A stretch of DNA of 64,000 nt, taken from positions 9,518,209-9,582,208 of the forward strand of contig NW_002060943.1 of NCBI RefSeq assembly GCF_000150275.1, in the 5' to 3' direction. Positions within the stretch are counted from its first letter, which is position 1. Each line of letters begins with the position of its first letter. The position numbers and the translations under genes were made by a program. Origin of the DNA: Trichoplax adhaerens (lineage: Eukaryota > Animalia > Placozoa). Of the stretch, positions 11,725-25,700 are shown piece by piece. Under the pieces are notes generated by a model. The model ran no database searches, was not told the origin of the DNA, and worked only from the letters and a program-made list of their open reading frames with translations.

Positions 11725-14700
11725 TTACAACCCTTTCGTCTTTGGGTAATAATTTTTACTTAAATGATTGGGATTAATATATTCACTAACAGCATTAAAA
11801 GATTGAACTGTTAGAAATGCACACCGTAATCCGATTTCTACGGATACGTTTATGTCGTGTCCTTTCAGTATCGCTGCAATCATACCACCAGCAAAGCTAA
11901 GGAACAGAACAATGTATGTACAAATAAGTATCAAGCTTAAAGTGCTGCAGCAGTATACAGCAACAAATTTTTTAGAAACCTATCTCCGGAGCCGGTAACG
12001 TTTGCAATTGTAATTGGATCTTGAACCGAAGAAATCGCAGGGAAATGTGTGACGATTGGAGACAATCGTGTCGTGCTATCCGCAAGCGCTTTTTCTGTCA
12101 CAGAAGAGTATTCAGCATTGTTTTGAATTAGTAGTACACCATCGGCACCAAGCGTAACAATAAGGTGCCATGGAAATTGCAGACAGCGCATACTTTCAGA
12201 GACATAGCTAATTTTGTCATCGATTGATGAAAGTTTCTCAGCACCTTCTTTGAACGGTTATGTAAAAGCTGACGTTACTTTTTACCATATCGTTTTTAAT
12301 TCGCGAAATATTTCCTAGCAAAAACTTAATTAAGCTATTATAAATTGCTATAGTACTTACTTGGTAGTGTTTTAGTAGAGTCCTTATAATTATAATAATA
12401 TTCACAAAGGCTCGTCAGCTCGGATAGGTTTGGTGATACATAGGTACATGTTCTCCAGTATTTCGACGTCAGAATTTTTGGAGCTTTGGATACCGTTGTA
12501 GGTTCAAACCATACTGTAAAATAAATTAGCTAAGTTGATGAGCTCCGAAATACTCAAATACGCTCGCTCATTACTTGCCTGGAATGCTGTGTTTAGTAGC
12601 TATGCTAAGTACGTAGTTTATAGCTTCCTCAGATATGTTACCATCCATGCAAATAATCGGAGCTGAAATTAGGTGATTTTCATATTTTTTAAGCTGCAAT
12701 CAAGTTAAACAATTTGCAATTAAAAGAACAAGTCTACCCCTTGCAGTAAAATCATACTACTACGCGTATATACAGGACTAACTAGATCACAGGAGATTTC
12801 TTCATTAATGTTCATATCGCCCACTGCCAGTAAGACCTCTTCAGTTGTGTTGGATACAGCAGAATATGTGGAGGTACGATGCCCATTGCATAACGTTTCA
12901 ATTCCAGTAACGTCCTGTAGCAATTGAGCGATACGATATAAAGACAATCTCGTAAGCAACAAAAACAAAGCACGAAATTACCATTCCGGCCTGCTTGCAA
13001 TGATCGAGTAAAAGTTTTCCTTGCAAATCATTTCCAATAACAGAAATAAACAGTGGATCGCATCCTAGCCGCGTTAAGCATTCTGTGAATTATAAAATTA
13101 TTTAAATAATATTATAAACAGTACACTGGCTATATTTCCGGGAAATCATAGCAATTCTTAATGCAATTATCAAAAATGCTGTAACCTGCTACATTGCGAC
13201 CAACACCCCCATAGGACTGTCTTATTTTACCTTGGTGTGTATCCTCACTTTGCTGATTATTTCAAAATATCATTAGAACTATTGTTGATTGTGTAATAAA
13301 GTACTGCTGTACTTTAAATTCGATTGACTGTACATAGTGGAGTGGATAAGAAATAGTAAAAGATATGATTATAGCTCAAAATCACCTTATCATCAAAGTT
13401 TGCACAAGCAAAGTTATCAACAATTGAGGCACCAATGACGATCTGATAGAAATGTAGAAAACAATTATTGGTGTCTATTTTATTTCTATTGGGTACACTA
13501 ATCTTGTGACGATGCAGAGTTCCTTTATAGAAATTTCTATATCGGATGTCAATTACTTCATAACACCGTGCACAACGACGTTCTACCGTTCGCTCTGAGT
13601 TAATAAACAAAATTTGTGCCTTACAGGCCTTGCGCAGCTGATATCAGTATTTCTATCTGTAATCCGGCAATTTTTACCGATAGGATAAGGCTAGGTAAGA
13701 TAATAGTGAAACAGATATTAGCTAACTAATTTGACTCGAAATAATCCACCCAAAAGCACAGGATATAGATTTGTATATATACATTATACTGTAGTATATA
13801 TATATTATATATTTATTTATATTAATTTTAGATTTGTTTACCTGCGATTTTTCCGATTGGAGAGAAGTATATTCACTAGCAATGTGACTTCCTACTTTCG
13901 CGTTATTCTTTATCAATTCAATATCTAAGCAGACCAAGAAATTATTATGCAGACTTCTTTTATGATTACACAACTTCTTTCTAAGTTTTAGTAATTATAT
14001 ATAATTATATAATAAAATCAACATATTAGTGATGTATTAATCCTCACAAGATCGCATAATTTTTACTAAAATACGTGCAAGTACAGTATGACAGAACCTA
14101 CATTGTGAGTGAAATGCATGCAGAAATGAACAAAATACATAATTACGAACATACTGGCCTTCAATGATTCCCCTTTTGTCAACAGGTTTACGTTCTGAAG
14201 GATGTAGGGAGTTACAGATTTACCGGTAATGCCTTCTGATCTGATTAATAGTAATGGTACCATAAAATTTTTGTACTTTTATAATTATGCATATTTAGTA
14301 ATATATGGTAATGAAAATAATCGGAGCACACATTAGCGGCAAAAATTCTCTATACTCACTTAGAATTTGCTAAAACAGTATGTATAGTACTATTAACCAA
14401 CTCGCCCGATGCGGATGCATTCTTCGGAATAGGTACAGCTACGATCATACCACTACTTATACCTAATCTTTTACTGGCATCTAAATATTCAGAATTAATA
14501 GTTATGTATAGGTATGATTTTGAATAAATACTACATTTGGATATAAAACTGCTTAATATTACGAACCAAAAACCAGTGCTGCTTCCTTAGGCGACGAAAC
14601 TGTATGAGGAGACTATATTAAATAAATTTCAAAACAAAAAATACGAATAAGAATACTTTCTAGAGAGTGGTGATATCCTAGTATACGTATACTCCAACTT

Positions 14701-17700
14701 TATAACCGCTTTCTGCAGTAAAAAATCCAGGAAAATTAGAGTCATTGCCCAACGTCATTACTGTAACCCCGTTCGTCTCCTACGTAAAATAATCTGATCT
14801 TAAGAATTTCACCTAGATATTTGTCATTGTGACTGCCAGACTGTATGGTACCGTACTCGTATGCCACAGCTTTAAATATTAATTAATAGCCGTTGGAGAT
14901 TACTCATCAGTGACCACAGTAATTCTACACTTACTAGATATTCAAGAGTGAGTCCAATATCAAGAATAGATTTAACCCCAGCACAAACAACCATCACAGG
15001 GATTTTTCCTAATTCTAGAAGATCTGCACTAATATCCATACCTAGTAAATTGAAAAGGTTTACTCTCAAAACCCCATCCTTGCTTAGATGTAAAATACTG
15101 CTATACATTTTATAAGAGATAATACAATGAATCTAAAAATCAACATATGTTAATACTCAATTCTCCTCCACGGTGAACACCACCAATTCCGCCAGTAACG
15201 AAGACTTTAATACCAGCATAATGAGCTAATAACATTGTAGCTGAAACTGTGGTTCCACCAGATAGTTGCTACACATTAAATAAGTGTGAAGAGAAGGAAC
15301 ATTAGCCATAAACTAACAAACGACAGTATTAGAATAACCCCCAAAATACAATAGTGGTACGCTATCGCTAAACTAGGTCGTAGTAAGTGAACTTCAAAAC
15401 TTTCGAATGTTATGTCATACTGTAATGCAATTGACCAAATCTAAATTTAGGCTAGTATAATGTATCAGATAAGGCTAAAACCTTAGCTGTTGCAATGGAA
15501 AGATCACGGCGAGCAATTTTGATAGTGTTAGACGATTTAGCTAAATGTTCAATTTCACCTTCAGTCAGCCCTAGTATGGATAAAGCAATAATTTCTTAAA
15601 TGGTTTAGTCAATACATAAGGGGTATTCATCATTGATTGGAATAAACATTCTAGAATATAATTTATTGTGCACACTCAATGTTCTAGCAGTTACCTATTT
15701 TAATTCTACCATCAATAACTCCAATTGTAGCTGGTTGGACTTTATTATCTCGAATAATTTTCTCGACTTCTTTCGCTACTCTAAATTATTTGATTAATGA
15801 AAAGTTGAAATTCAGATAAATGATAACCATTCAAAGACATTTCAATTTTAAGCCTATATCATTACCAGATAAGGATCATACGATGACATTTATTGATGTT
15901 ATATGCTAAAATATAACTTGAATAAGTTATAGTTGCAACCGAATAATCTCAATATACTGATACAGTGAAGAGTACATTGAAGGTCTTTAGCTTACACAGT
16001 TGAACTACTGTATAATAAAAGTAAATAAGAATAAGAACACACCCACGATCAGGAAAAAGTAGATCTACCTGTAGAATACTACGTTACCACTACAATATTA
16101 CTCTACCTATTTTAGTATTTTTTGTTATGTGACTAATTATGCGAAGTAAGATCGTGATACTGTATTCTGATCATGTGTTAATTCGTGATATCATTGATGA
16201 TTCACTGTGCTTTATACCAGTTTTACGTGTGCGGATTACGTCGAGGATATTCTCTTTACTCATATAATAAACTGTATTATAATATACCGTGATGTGTATG
16301 CCACTGCAATCTATGTGTCCGCAACGACACTTATAAAAGTATCCCTCGAGCTCGAGCTAACTCGTACTTAGGCTCACTCCACATAGAAATAAAGTGAGTC
16401 CTGCTTTGTTATTCTGCATATACAACGACATCCTTGTAATCTTATTAAAGATCAAGAGCTACAATAGCTGAGACTACCGCCTTTTCACTATAAGGTACTG
16501 TTATTTAACTTTATTAATGCCATAAATTAAGAGCAAATTGGAATTGATCCAGAGATTATATCTTACTTAAGGACTGGAATGATATACTTTACGATGTCTT
16601 CAACTTTTAACTACAATAAAAACTAAGGATATCTGATAGACACATAAGAAGTGGTATACATTGCTTCAGTATCTAGTCAAGTCAGCAAATCGGTAGGAGG
16701 ATTTAGTTACTACTATTAATTCGGGATTGATGTATTAAAATAATAATCTAAAGATCTTTGATTTGTATCAGTCACCCTAACGACATGAATACGGCATATG
16801 AATAAAATTTTAAACTTGCATAAGAACTGTATAATAGAGATAAGAATATAATTAAATTGAGACCTAAAACTGTATATAAGATTAATTAAACGTTAGGTTG
16901 TTCTCCAAGTTGTTATCGATCAGGCCCTCACTCGTATTTATATCGCGTTAATCTACCATTTAATATTCATTTTGCTCTTAACATCCTACTGATTCCACTT
17001 ATGTCAATCACCGGTAGCTTAAAGTTATAATTACAATATACAGTATATACATACTTGTATACATAAATATATATTATCGCTATTCTTGAGAACGTTTTCA
17101 GCCTTAAACAATTATGCTCAAGTATCGCGAGCTAATTAGCGAAACTTTTATACTAACTTACTGCAAATTCGTAGGATAAGGCATTCCATGTGTGATTATA
17201 GTTGATTCTAAAGCTACGACCGGATAATTGCCCTGCAGGGCTCGATTTATTTCTGGGTTAATATCTATTAACGTATTTCTGATCCCTACAAGCGGATATA
17301 TATGTTAATTAATTAGTTAGTAAAATCTCGATACGAGGACAATAAATTGAATATAAGTCAGTTAACGACCCAAGTCCTGTAGACTTGACGAAATGTGATA
17401 ATTCAAACGCGTGCAGTATGCGTATACTGACTGAGCTATACACTAGGCTTCTCTAACAGTAATATATATATAATCTACAGTATCAAGTCCATTGCTGTAT
17501 TCACTAATAACTTGAGAAAACTGGTGATACACGAACTATCTAATTCATGATTTGATTGATTATGTAATTACATAACATACTGTATACTCGTCCATGTGTA
17601 TTAATTATACCGTATGCTATACAGTGTACGTTATGATAAGAATTCATTGCATTTACTACTATAGCAGAGTTAAAAATGAATATCACCTCTAGGATCAATA

Positions 17701-18053
17701 TTTCTATTTGTCTATTTCATGAAAGGGTGCACCCTTACAATACCAATATCCATCTGGATATCTGAGAGTGAAATATAGCACTAAACATTTTGCACGATGA
17801 TGTAAATATCATTATACGTCGTGGTCTATTCTGCTAGAGAATCATGCTAAAAATATATATGTAACAGCATTTAATTACGTATATTATAATACGTCAGTTG
17901 GAGTTCGGAGTGATATATCACTCTGATGCAATTCACTAATGTGTACTAACCAGAATAGGTAGCTAATCCATTTCGGGTACCGAAAAATCGACTAATCATA
18001 GATGTACCAGTTACCCTAAATTTGCTGTTATTGCTTACTAACGTCCTCAGCAT
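11725..18053 (-). CDS. Bifunctional pseudouridine-5'-phosphate glycosidase (PsuG/IndA) + pseudouridine kinase (PfkB) fusion, multi-exon
   Basis: PsuG motifs [60 protein letters not shown] and GKSVTPYIL. PfkB motifs [17 protein letters not shown] and NVTGSGDSFAGG. First exon 18053-17951 joins in phase to the exon starting at 17286. Confidence 0.93.
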
Positions 18054-18635
18054 TTCGTCGTTCTTCTACGTTGCTATACTGTACGGAAGTGAGAACGCGA
18101 ATCTACGATTAGATGCAGTAGATCAATCATAAACGAATTACTGTAGTCTCCAAGTAAAAGCCTGCCAAATATTATGCACTAGCAATCAACTTCACTAGTA
18201 ACATAAAATGAATAAAATATAGCTGCTCCAAAAGTCCAGTACTGCTGCTAGGCTGATTCAGCCAGCATGCACAAAGTTGCAAAAGGTCAAGCTGCGGCAC
18301 TTACAGTGGTTGTACCGTACGAGTGTCCACATATACTGTAGCACAGGACACTACACACTGTAAAATAGTGTAAAAGACCTGTAGTGGCCTACAATACAAT
18401 GTACTGTAAGTGGATCCAGATTCCGCGCCAATACACAAACCTTGTAAATAAAGGCTAGATACATCAAAGAGGTAAAAAAAGCTTGCCAAAGCACAAGGCA
18501 TCTATTAGACGAGAGATCCTGGCTAAAATCATTGAGATTTTAGTGATTTTGCAATCACGAAAGCGTCACATCGTATGCAAAAAGTCAGGGACAAGTGGTC
18601 AATTGGCTATCACTATCAACTGATGATTTAATTTC
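18054..18635. promoter_or_regulatory. Probable bidirectional promoter between the PsuG-kinase gene and APEX2
   Basis: Divergent ATGs are only 582 bp apart. The interval contains ACTGTA/TACAC-rich repeats at ~18330-18410. Confidence 0.6.
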
Positions 18636-21007
18636 ATGACCATGAAAATTTTATGTTGGAATGTAAATGGAATCCGAACCACGGCTTATGGCAAAGGTTC
18701 TATTAAAGATCTGTTGGAATTTTTGAATGCCGATATTTTATGCTTCCAAGAAACGAAACTATTGAGTAAGCTTTATGTACAATTATTGAAAGCTACTAGT
18801 TACTGTTTTAACTATTGCGCGATGTATCTTACATCGAAACCAAGTAATGTGGGCTTGCAAAATGATCGAAACTTGAGCTGTATGGCTGTATGCAACATTA
18901 GGTGTACAGAGCTTACAACTCGAAATCGTGCATTGCTAGTTACTCAATCAAGTTAGTGGACAATACAAGTAGAAGAGTATTCGGTCCATCAAGGTAGAGC
19001 GTGGGCTAATACTGTGATTGCGCGAAAATACTTTATAAGCGCAGAATTACATCTCTCGTACATGATTAAATTCGAATTACCTTGTCTTCATTTTCTCACT
19101 ACGATACTACACTTGAATGATAAGACTAATTATAGTAATGATTTATATGGTACAAACTAGAACTTAACCATAAAATCTTTTCTAGGAGACCAGCTTGATG
19201 AAAGCATAGCATTTGTGGAAGGATACAATTCATACTTTTCTTTCAGTCGTGGCAAAGTCGCTTACTCAGGTTCTTGATACGAAATACATACATTTTTTAA
19301 CTAACATACAAACAAGTACGGTATACACGTATGCGTAGTATATAGTCTTGTCTGTTTATGATATCTTAATCTACTACTCCCTAAGTTTTGAAATGAATAG
19401 TTCTATCTATAATGTAATAGTCTATAGTATATCTGCCCAATAATTTTAATCATTGCTTAGATTCATAAGTGTCTATCAATTCTTGTGGTATTTGATATAG
19501 GTGTTGCAACGTATTGCAAGACTGATTGTGCTCCAATTAGGGTAGAGGAAGGACTATCGAATGTGTGGGCTGCGAAAAACGCCGATAGGATTGGACATTA
19601 TGGCAATATTTCAAAATTCAATAGCGAAGAATTATCATTACTGGATGCTGAAGGGAGAGCAATTTTAACAGAACATAAAACTGACTTTGGTCGCAACGTT
19701 GTTGTCATTAATGTATATTGTCCGAGAGCTGATCCCGAAAAGCCTGAACGGCTGAATTTTAAATTAAAATTCTACGAATTACTCCAAGAGCGAGCGGAAG
19801 CACTGCTGATAGCGGGAAAGTAAGGAATTTCTGTCAGTAGCGTACTTAAAGTACTTTGTCGGTAATGTGTTTTAACTTTTAATAGGCATGTTGTCATTGT
19901 TGGAGATGTAAACACTTCTCACAAACCTATCGATCATTGTGAACCGGATATTAAGGTTGGCAAAGTTGCGATAGATTTTCATAATTAAGGCGATTAATTT
20001 TGAAATATAATTCAATACAGGCGATGCAAAATAGTCCAAGTTGCCACTGGCTCGATAACCTTTTGATACCTCTCGATAGTGAGGGAAAAGTTGACAGTAG
20101 TATCTCAGCTGGAAAAAAGTTTATTGATAGTTTCAGATATTTCTATCCGCGTAGAAAAGAAGCGTTTACGTGTTGGTCAACTGTAACGAGCGCTCGTAAA
20201 ACTAATTATGGCACCAGAATTGACTATATCATTGCAGATAAAGATTTAGTAGTTTCATACTTTGCTGAATCGCAAATTCAACCTGAAATTGAAGGATCTG
20301 ATCACTGTCCAATATATGCTGATTTAAAATTTACGATTAATCCTTCTGATAAATTACCATGGCTCTGCACTAAATACATGTCTGAATTTAGTAAGAAACA
20401 GTCGAAACTTACTGAGTTTTTGAAATTAGGGAAAGAATCTACTGAAAGATCAGAGCCTACGAACACCACAAGAATTAACAAAATGAAAGATACTAATGTA
20501 ACTGTAGATACCAAGGGATCCAATCAGAAGCGAGATTCAACCTGTCCTGTTAATATCGATGTTAAACGTTCTAAATCGTCTTCGAATAAATCATGCAATC
20601 TTTTAAATTATTTTTTTACTAAACCAAGTAACACGCACAAGTCAAACACATCAATAATTCAGCCTACTGTAGAAAAAGAGCCACTCGAAGCTATAAAAGA
20701 TAAGAAAGATAATAACAACGATTCCCGTGAGCTTAATAATTCTCAGCAGAATAATAAAGAAAACAAGAAAGAGGACGAAGCTGCAATGGTCGCAAATGAT
20801 AAATCAGAGACAACCAAGGCATGGAAATCGATATTAAGTGGACCTCCACCTATTCCCCTATGTTCAGGTCATAAAGTGCCGAGTGTGATGCGAACTGTCA
20901 AAAAGTCTGGCCCAAATCAAGGTCGAAGGTTTTACGTCTGTACATTACCCGAAGGACGTCGTGGTAACCCTAATGCAAGGTGTAATTTTTTCCAGTGGGC
21001 TAATTAA
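18636..21007 (+). CDS. APEX2: AP endonuclease 2 (EEP domain, PIP-like motifs, C-terminal zf-GRF), 5 exons
   Basis: MKILCWNVNGIR, DILCFQETK, YFSFSR..AYSG|VATYC, VINVYCPRADPEKPERLNFK, GDVNTSHKPIDHC, NYGTRIDY, GSDHCP, and zf-GRF CSGH...GPNQGRRFYVC...CNFFQW. Confidence 0.96.
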
Positions 21008-21628
21008 ATCGGCACGACTTAAAAGAAGCTCTAAATTTCTATTTGATGTTTAGATACTGATATATCCTCACTGCTCTATTTGTTTGAAGTTACGCTGATT
21101 GATGTAACTGATAAAACAACGATTGTATAAATCTTAATGTAATTAATTTATCTCATAAAGTTTTTATCTTATACTAGTATGGTTCTTATTACAGTTTGGT
21201 AAACCATGTGCTATGTACAAAGTTATACATTGCTGTTCGAGAGCGATAAAGATTTACCTTTATACATCTTGCGTAAATGTGATCACCCTAAGCATGGAAT
21301 AATAAAACGTGTAAATTGTCCTATTGCACTTCGGTAACAACGAAATAATCGGATTACATGTTGGTAGTAATAAGCAACTCACTAACTCAGGTACTGGCAA
21401 ATACTGTACGATCCATTTATTTAGTCTCTAAAACAGTAGTATTTTTTTTAATTTAACTCATAAGTAATAGGTTACAGGTAGCTCACTTATCTACAAGTCT
21501 GAAGGGTTGATCATTTCAGCTATATCGAATTCGTAACTAACAGTACTGTATACAGCTACACCTGTTATAATATCATATCACGACCTGTACGAAAGCAAGT
21601 GTACTATTACAACAATATTGTACAATAC

Positions 21629-21661
21629 CATGGACTACTAGAAAATACCTAGTAGTCCATG
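21629..21661. repeat. Mini hairpin with perfect 13-bp arms (family member 1)
   Basis: CATGGACTACTAG-AAAATAC-CTAGTAGTCCATG. Confidence 0.8.
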
Positions 21662-22490
21662 ACTATACTAACGGTGAGTTAATAGCATGACATTTACGCA
21701 AGAAAATTTAGTTCCGAAGCTAAGCGATTCTTAAACGTGTGTAAATGATAATGATACTTGTTTCGCTTGTTACTGTGTATCACTATGGTATAGTATAGTA
21801 GATTATTTGTAGATCGGAGTCTTGCAGGATATCTCTCGCTCCATTAGTTCATGGTATAGTGCAGTATATTTGATTGCTGAATCAACAGTAAGGCAGAAAT
21901 CTACAATGACGACGATTTTTCACTGATTGACTCAGTGCACTGTGTACAAGGATAAAGAGGAAATTATCATAAAGATAGGGAAGATTTGCAGTCTGATACT
22001 TGCAAGTCAGAGACTAATGAGAGTCAAGAACATGGAGAGCGACTATAATCCTGAAGACAAACGTATTACTACATACTGTATAATGTCCAGCTCAGTGTAC
22101 CTAAATAAGCTAAATATATTATAGTATGAGGATAAACAATGTGAATACTGGAGTAAATAGGCCATTTTAACATTATACAGAGTTTCGATTAATTAAAGTA
22201 GTACCACTTAGCGGAACAATCATTACTACAGTAACTGTAGTATCCATAGAGTTCAGAAAAACCTCTATGGTAATATCGGAGACTCTGAGTCATGACAAAT
22301 GTATACCCAAAACCAAACAACAAGAGCTTAATACCAATCCATGAAATCTTAAAAATCAACCAAGCAGCTAATTTAGAGGTCAATCTATGCTGCAAACATG
22401 CGATGCAATTGAAATGACGGGTAAAATAATTAATATCTAATTATAATCAGCCACGCCATTTTTAGTGAAGGATCATTTCCCGAAAGCAGC

Positions 22491-22609
22491 GTACAGTTAA
22501 GTACAGTATACAGTACTGTACAGTACAGTACAGTACAGTAAGTGAAGTCTTGGACTACTGTACTGTAGCAATAGTAATGTACTGTAGATACAGAGATGTT
22601 GTACTGTAC
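22491..22609. repeat. CAGTA/TACTG pentamer array upstream of LRGUK
   Basis: GTACAGTATACAGTACTGTACAGTACAGTACAGTACAGTA...ACTACTGTACTGTAG...GTACTGTAC, about 190-310 bp before the ATG. Confidence 0.85.
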
Positions 22610-22627
22610 GGTTGTCAAGCAGGAATG

Positions 22628-22664
22628 GTTGCTAAGCAGAAATGCATAGTAACAGCATGGTAAC
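22628..22664. promoter_or_regulatory. Cluster of RFX X-box-like sites upstream of LRGUK
   Basis: GTTGCTAAGCAG at 22628, plus half-sites CATAGTAAC and CATGGTAAC (GTTACTATG / GTTACCATG on the - strand). Confidence 0.5.
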
Positions 22665-22799
22665 AGCCGCAATTATACCATCGCAACATACATAGTGGAT
22701 ATGTTCTACACGGCATATAATTAATTAGTAAAAATAATAATAATAATAATTTTAAATTCTTGTTGCTTATTCAACGGCAATCTACGGGGAAGTATCAAA

Positions 22800-25700
22800 A
22801 TGTCTGCGAAGTTACGCGTACTCCTACCTTCATCCACACAGAACTTAGACTTAAAAACACCTGGATCTGTGTTTATAGCTCATGAGGAAGATAGTGCAAG
22901 TGAAACTAACATCTTACAATTAGAAACATTTACTTATCAGAAAGAAGCCAGTGAGCACGATGTCCAAAAAAGCGATAGTGATGATGACGATTCTACTCTT
23001 AATGAAGAGGTTGATCTTAAAATTATAATTTAAAACACTACTATAATTTCTGTAAAATAAGTTATAACCTTACCCTTCCTTACCAGAATGCTGCAATAAG
23101 CGTCGAAATGATAGCTGAAGCTCTATCAAACTATGGTCGGTCCCCGGATGGACTACAACGTGTTTTTCTAGATGTTGAGCTGATTGGTAGAAATCTCATC
23201 GATATAACAGATATTGCCAAGTTCAATTACCTTCAGAAAGCAACACTATCATATAACAAAATCACTGGTAAAATGCCTGTTCAGTATTGAAAATTTTAAT
23301 TCAAAAAAGAACCTTACTTCTGTCGGTCGAATGGCCACAACATTAAGGTCAACTGATTTGATTACTTTCTTATAATTACCAATAACATAGATTTAACTTC
23401 GCTGAGTTACTTGCCTCACCTCGTCTATGTGGATGTGTCGCATAATGAATTAACGAAATTACTTGACTTCAAACCTCCAACGAATCTTAAAGTTAGGCAG
23501 TGATATTGATTTCTTAATAAGTGAGACGTATCACTTATTACTTGTAATTTTATGTCTTGAGTGTTGTCGCTGTACTCTGAATCTAGCTTAATAACTTACA
23601 ATAAATAACATTTATCTTTTAGTATGCCAATTTCTCACACAATAAACTCAAGGAGTTAGGAGATCTATCCGAATTTAATACGTTAGCTACCCTGAACCTA
23701 GATTGTATCCTAATCTAAAACTAAATACTAGCTTTAACTTAAGCAAAGCCTTCCTACTATTTACGTTCCTTTACTGCCTAAATGCAAAGATAATCAAATA
23801 TCAGAAATCCAAGGTTTGGAGAAAGCACATCGTTTAATGGAATTAAGGATAGCTCACAATAACATCACAAAGATCCAGAATTTGGACAACTTGCATATAA
23901 GAATTCTCGATTTAGTAAGCCCGGTGTTTGTCTTATAACTTTAACACTATTTATATGTAGCCTTTTATTTCCCACTTACTTTGCCTGCATTTGAATTTGA
24001 TAGGGAAATAATAAGATTAAGAAGATTGAAAATATCGAGACTTTAAAGTGGTTACAGGTGAAATTAGGCGCATATTGAATAAAATATTGTAAAATTAAAA
24101 TAACTATCGTTTCTCAATTTCAGTCTGTATTATATAGCATTTTTATCTAGCGAATAATTTTGTTCGGAGCCTTAAAGGACTGCAAAATCACGAAATGCTT
24201 GAAACTATCGATCTTGAAGATAATCAGGTAACAAAATGTTCATTTTTACATATACTGTTAACTATTTGAAACCGTGTACTATTCCCTCTAGATTATCGAT
24301 TACACAGAAATAAAGTATTTAAAAGATCTGGATTCTCTACGTGAATTGAACCTTAAAGGGAATCCTGTCCAGGTTAGACTATACTAAACAGTTTTTAGTC
24401 CATATCTAGCTAGGTAGTAGCTAACATCTTTAATAATCATAATGCTACTCGATTCTATTAGTCTTTACCGGATTATCGTCTGTCGATGTTATACCGAATT
24501 CCATGGCTAATTTCACTAGATCATAAGAAAGCGCTTGAGACTGAAAAGGTAGTTGAAATATTAAATGGAATTTTGAAAAAAGTGCTAAAAACCGTAAATT
24601 CACTTATGCTTATTTCATGCCTAACAGGTTGCTGCAAAAAATATTTTTGCGCCAAAAACTGAAAGTGTAGCCTGTTTAAATTTTGTTAACCATCACATGC
24701 ATTCATTTGCCCAATCGAGAAAGTTGTATGATAGGTAATAAAATAATATTTAATGAATGTGGTAACTCTTCGATAGCTGGTCATACTAATTTATTCAATT
24801 TATAAATAGCACCGAATCGCAACTGCATAAATCGTATCCTATAATTGTGTTTGTGGGACCAAGTGGCTCGGAAAAGAAAAATCTAATGTTCAAATTAATT
24901 GATGAATTTCCATCAAACATCGGTTACTGGTAAAGAGCCACATTACTGAAAATAGCCTAGCTGAAGATCAAATTTACTGATTTTCTACCCATATCCTATT
25001 TTTTTCTATTAGCCAACCGCTAACTACTAGAGCTGCAAGTACGAAGGAAAAAGACTTAAAACACTACCTATTTGTTAGCGAAGATAAATTTGAAATGCAG
25101 ATTAAATTGGTAACTCCAGTACTAGATTCAAATCATTCTAATGATTTGTCGTTGGATTGATTTCTCTATAAAATTTAAATTTATTTTATAATTGATAGGG
25201 TCGATTTCTACAGACATGTGAGATATTTGGACAGAAATATGGTATAACAAGGAACTCAATTGAAAAAATTGCTAGAAGGAAGTTAATTTGCTTAATTCAT
25301 ACAAATTTACAGGTATTAACTGAAGTCACTTGATTATATTTATATAAACGAAATGTTAGACTTTCCTTATCTCGCACTATATAGGGTGCATTAACACTCC
25401 GTTGCAGCCACTTTAAACCACGTTTTTTGTTGTTGATCCCGTTTTCTCACAAGGTAATTGGTAAATTTTCGGTATTTTATATGGTATAATGTCGATATTA
25501 TGACATTATTAAATAAGAATATTTAATTTGTTAAGAAACACGAAAATAGACTAAGAAAGACAGCTAGATTTTCAGACGGACAAATTACTCAGATTCTTGC
25601 GTCGCGTGAGGAGTATATTAACTTTAATACCGAAACACCAGGCTTTTTCGATTGCGTAATTAATACCGGTATGCATTAATACACTACTATATGTACGCAG

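Noticed and set aside
20399-20617. Two PIP-like motifs in APEX2 (QSKLTEFL, SCNLLNYFF)
   Set aside because: Comparable motifs occur at both positions in other APE2 proteins as I recall them, so this is not novel.
21881-22048. Acidic, coding-looking plus-strand frame
   Set aside because: Short, has an internal stop, and shows no clear splice context or homology.
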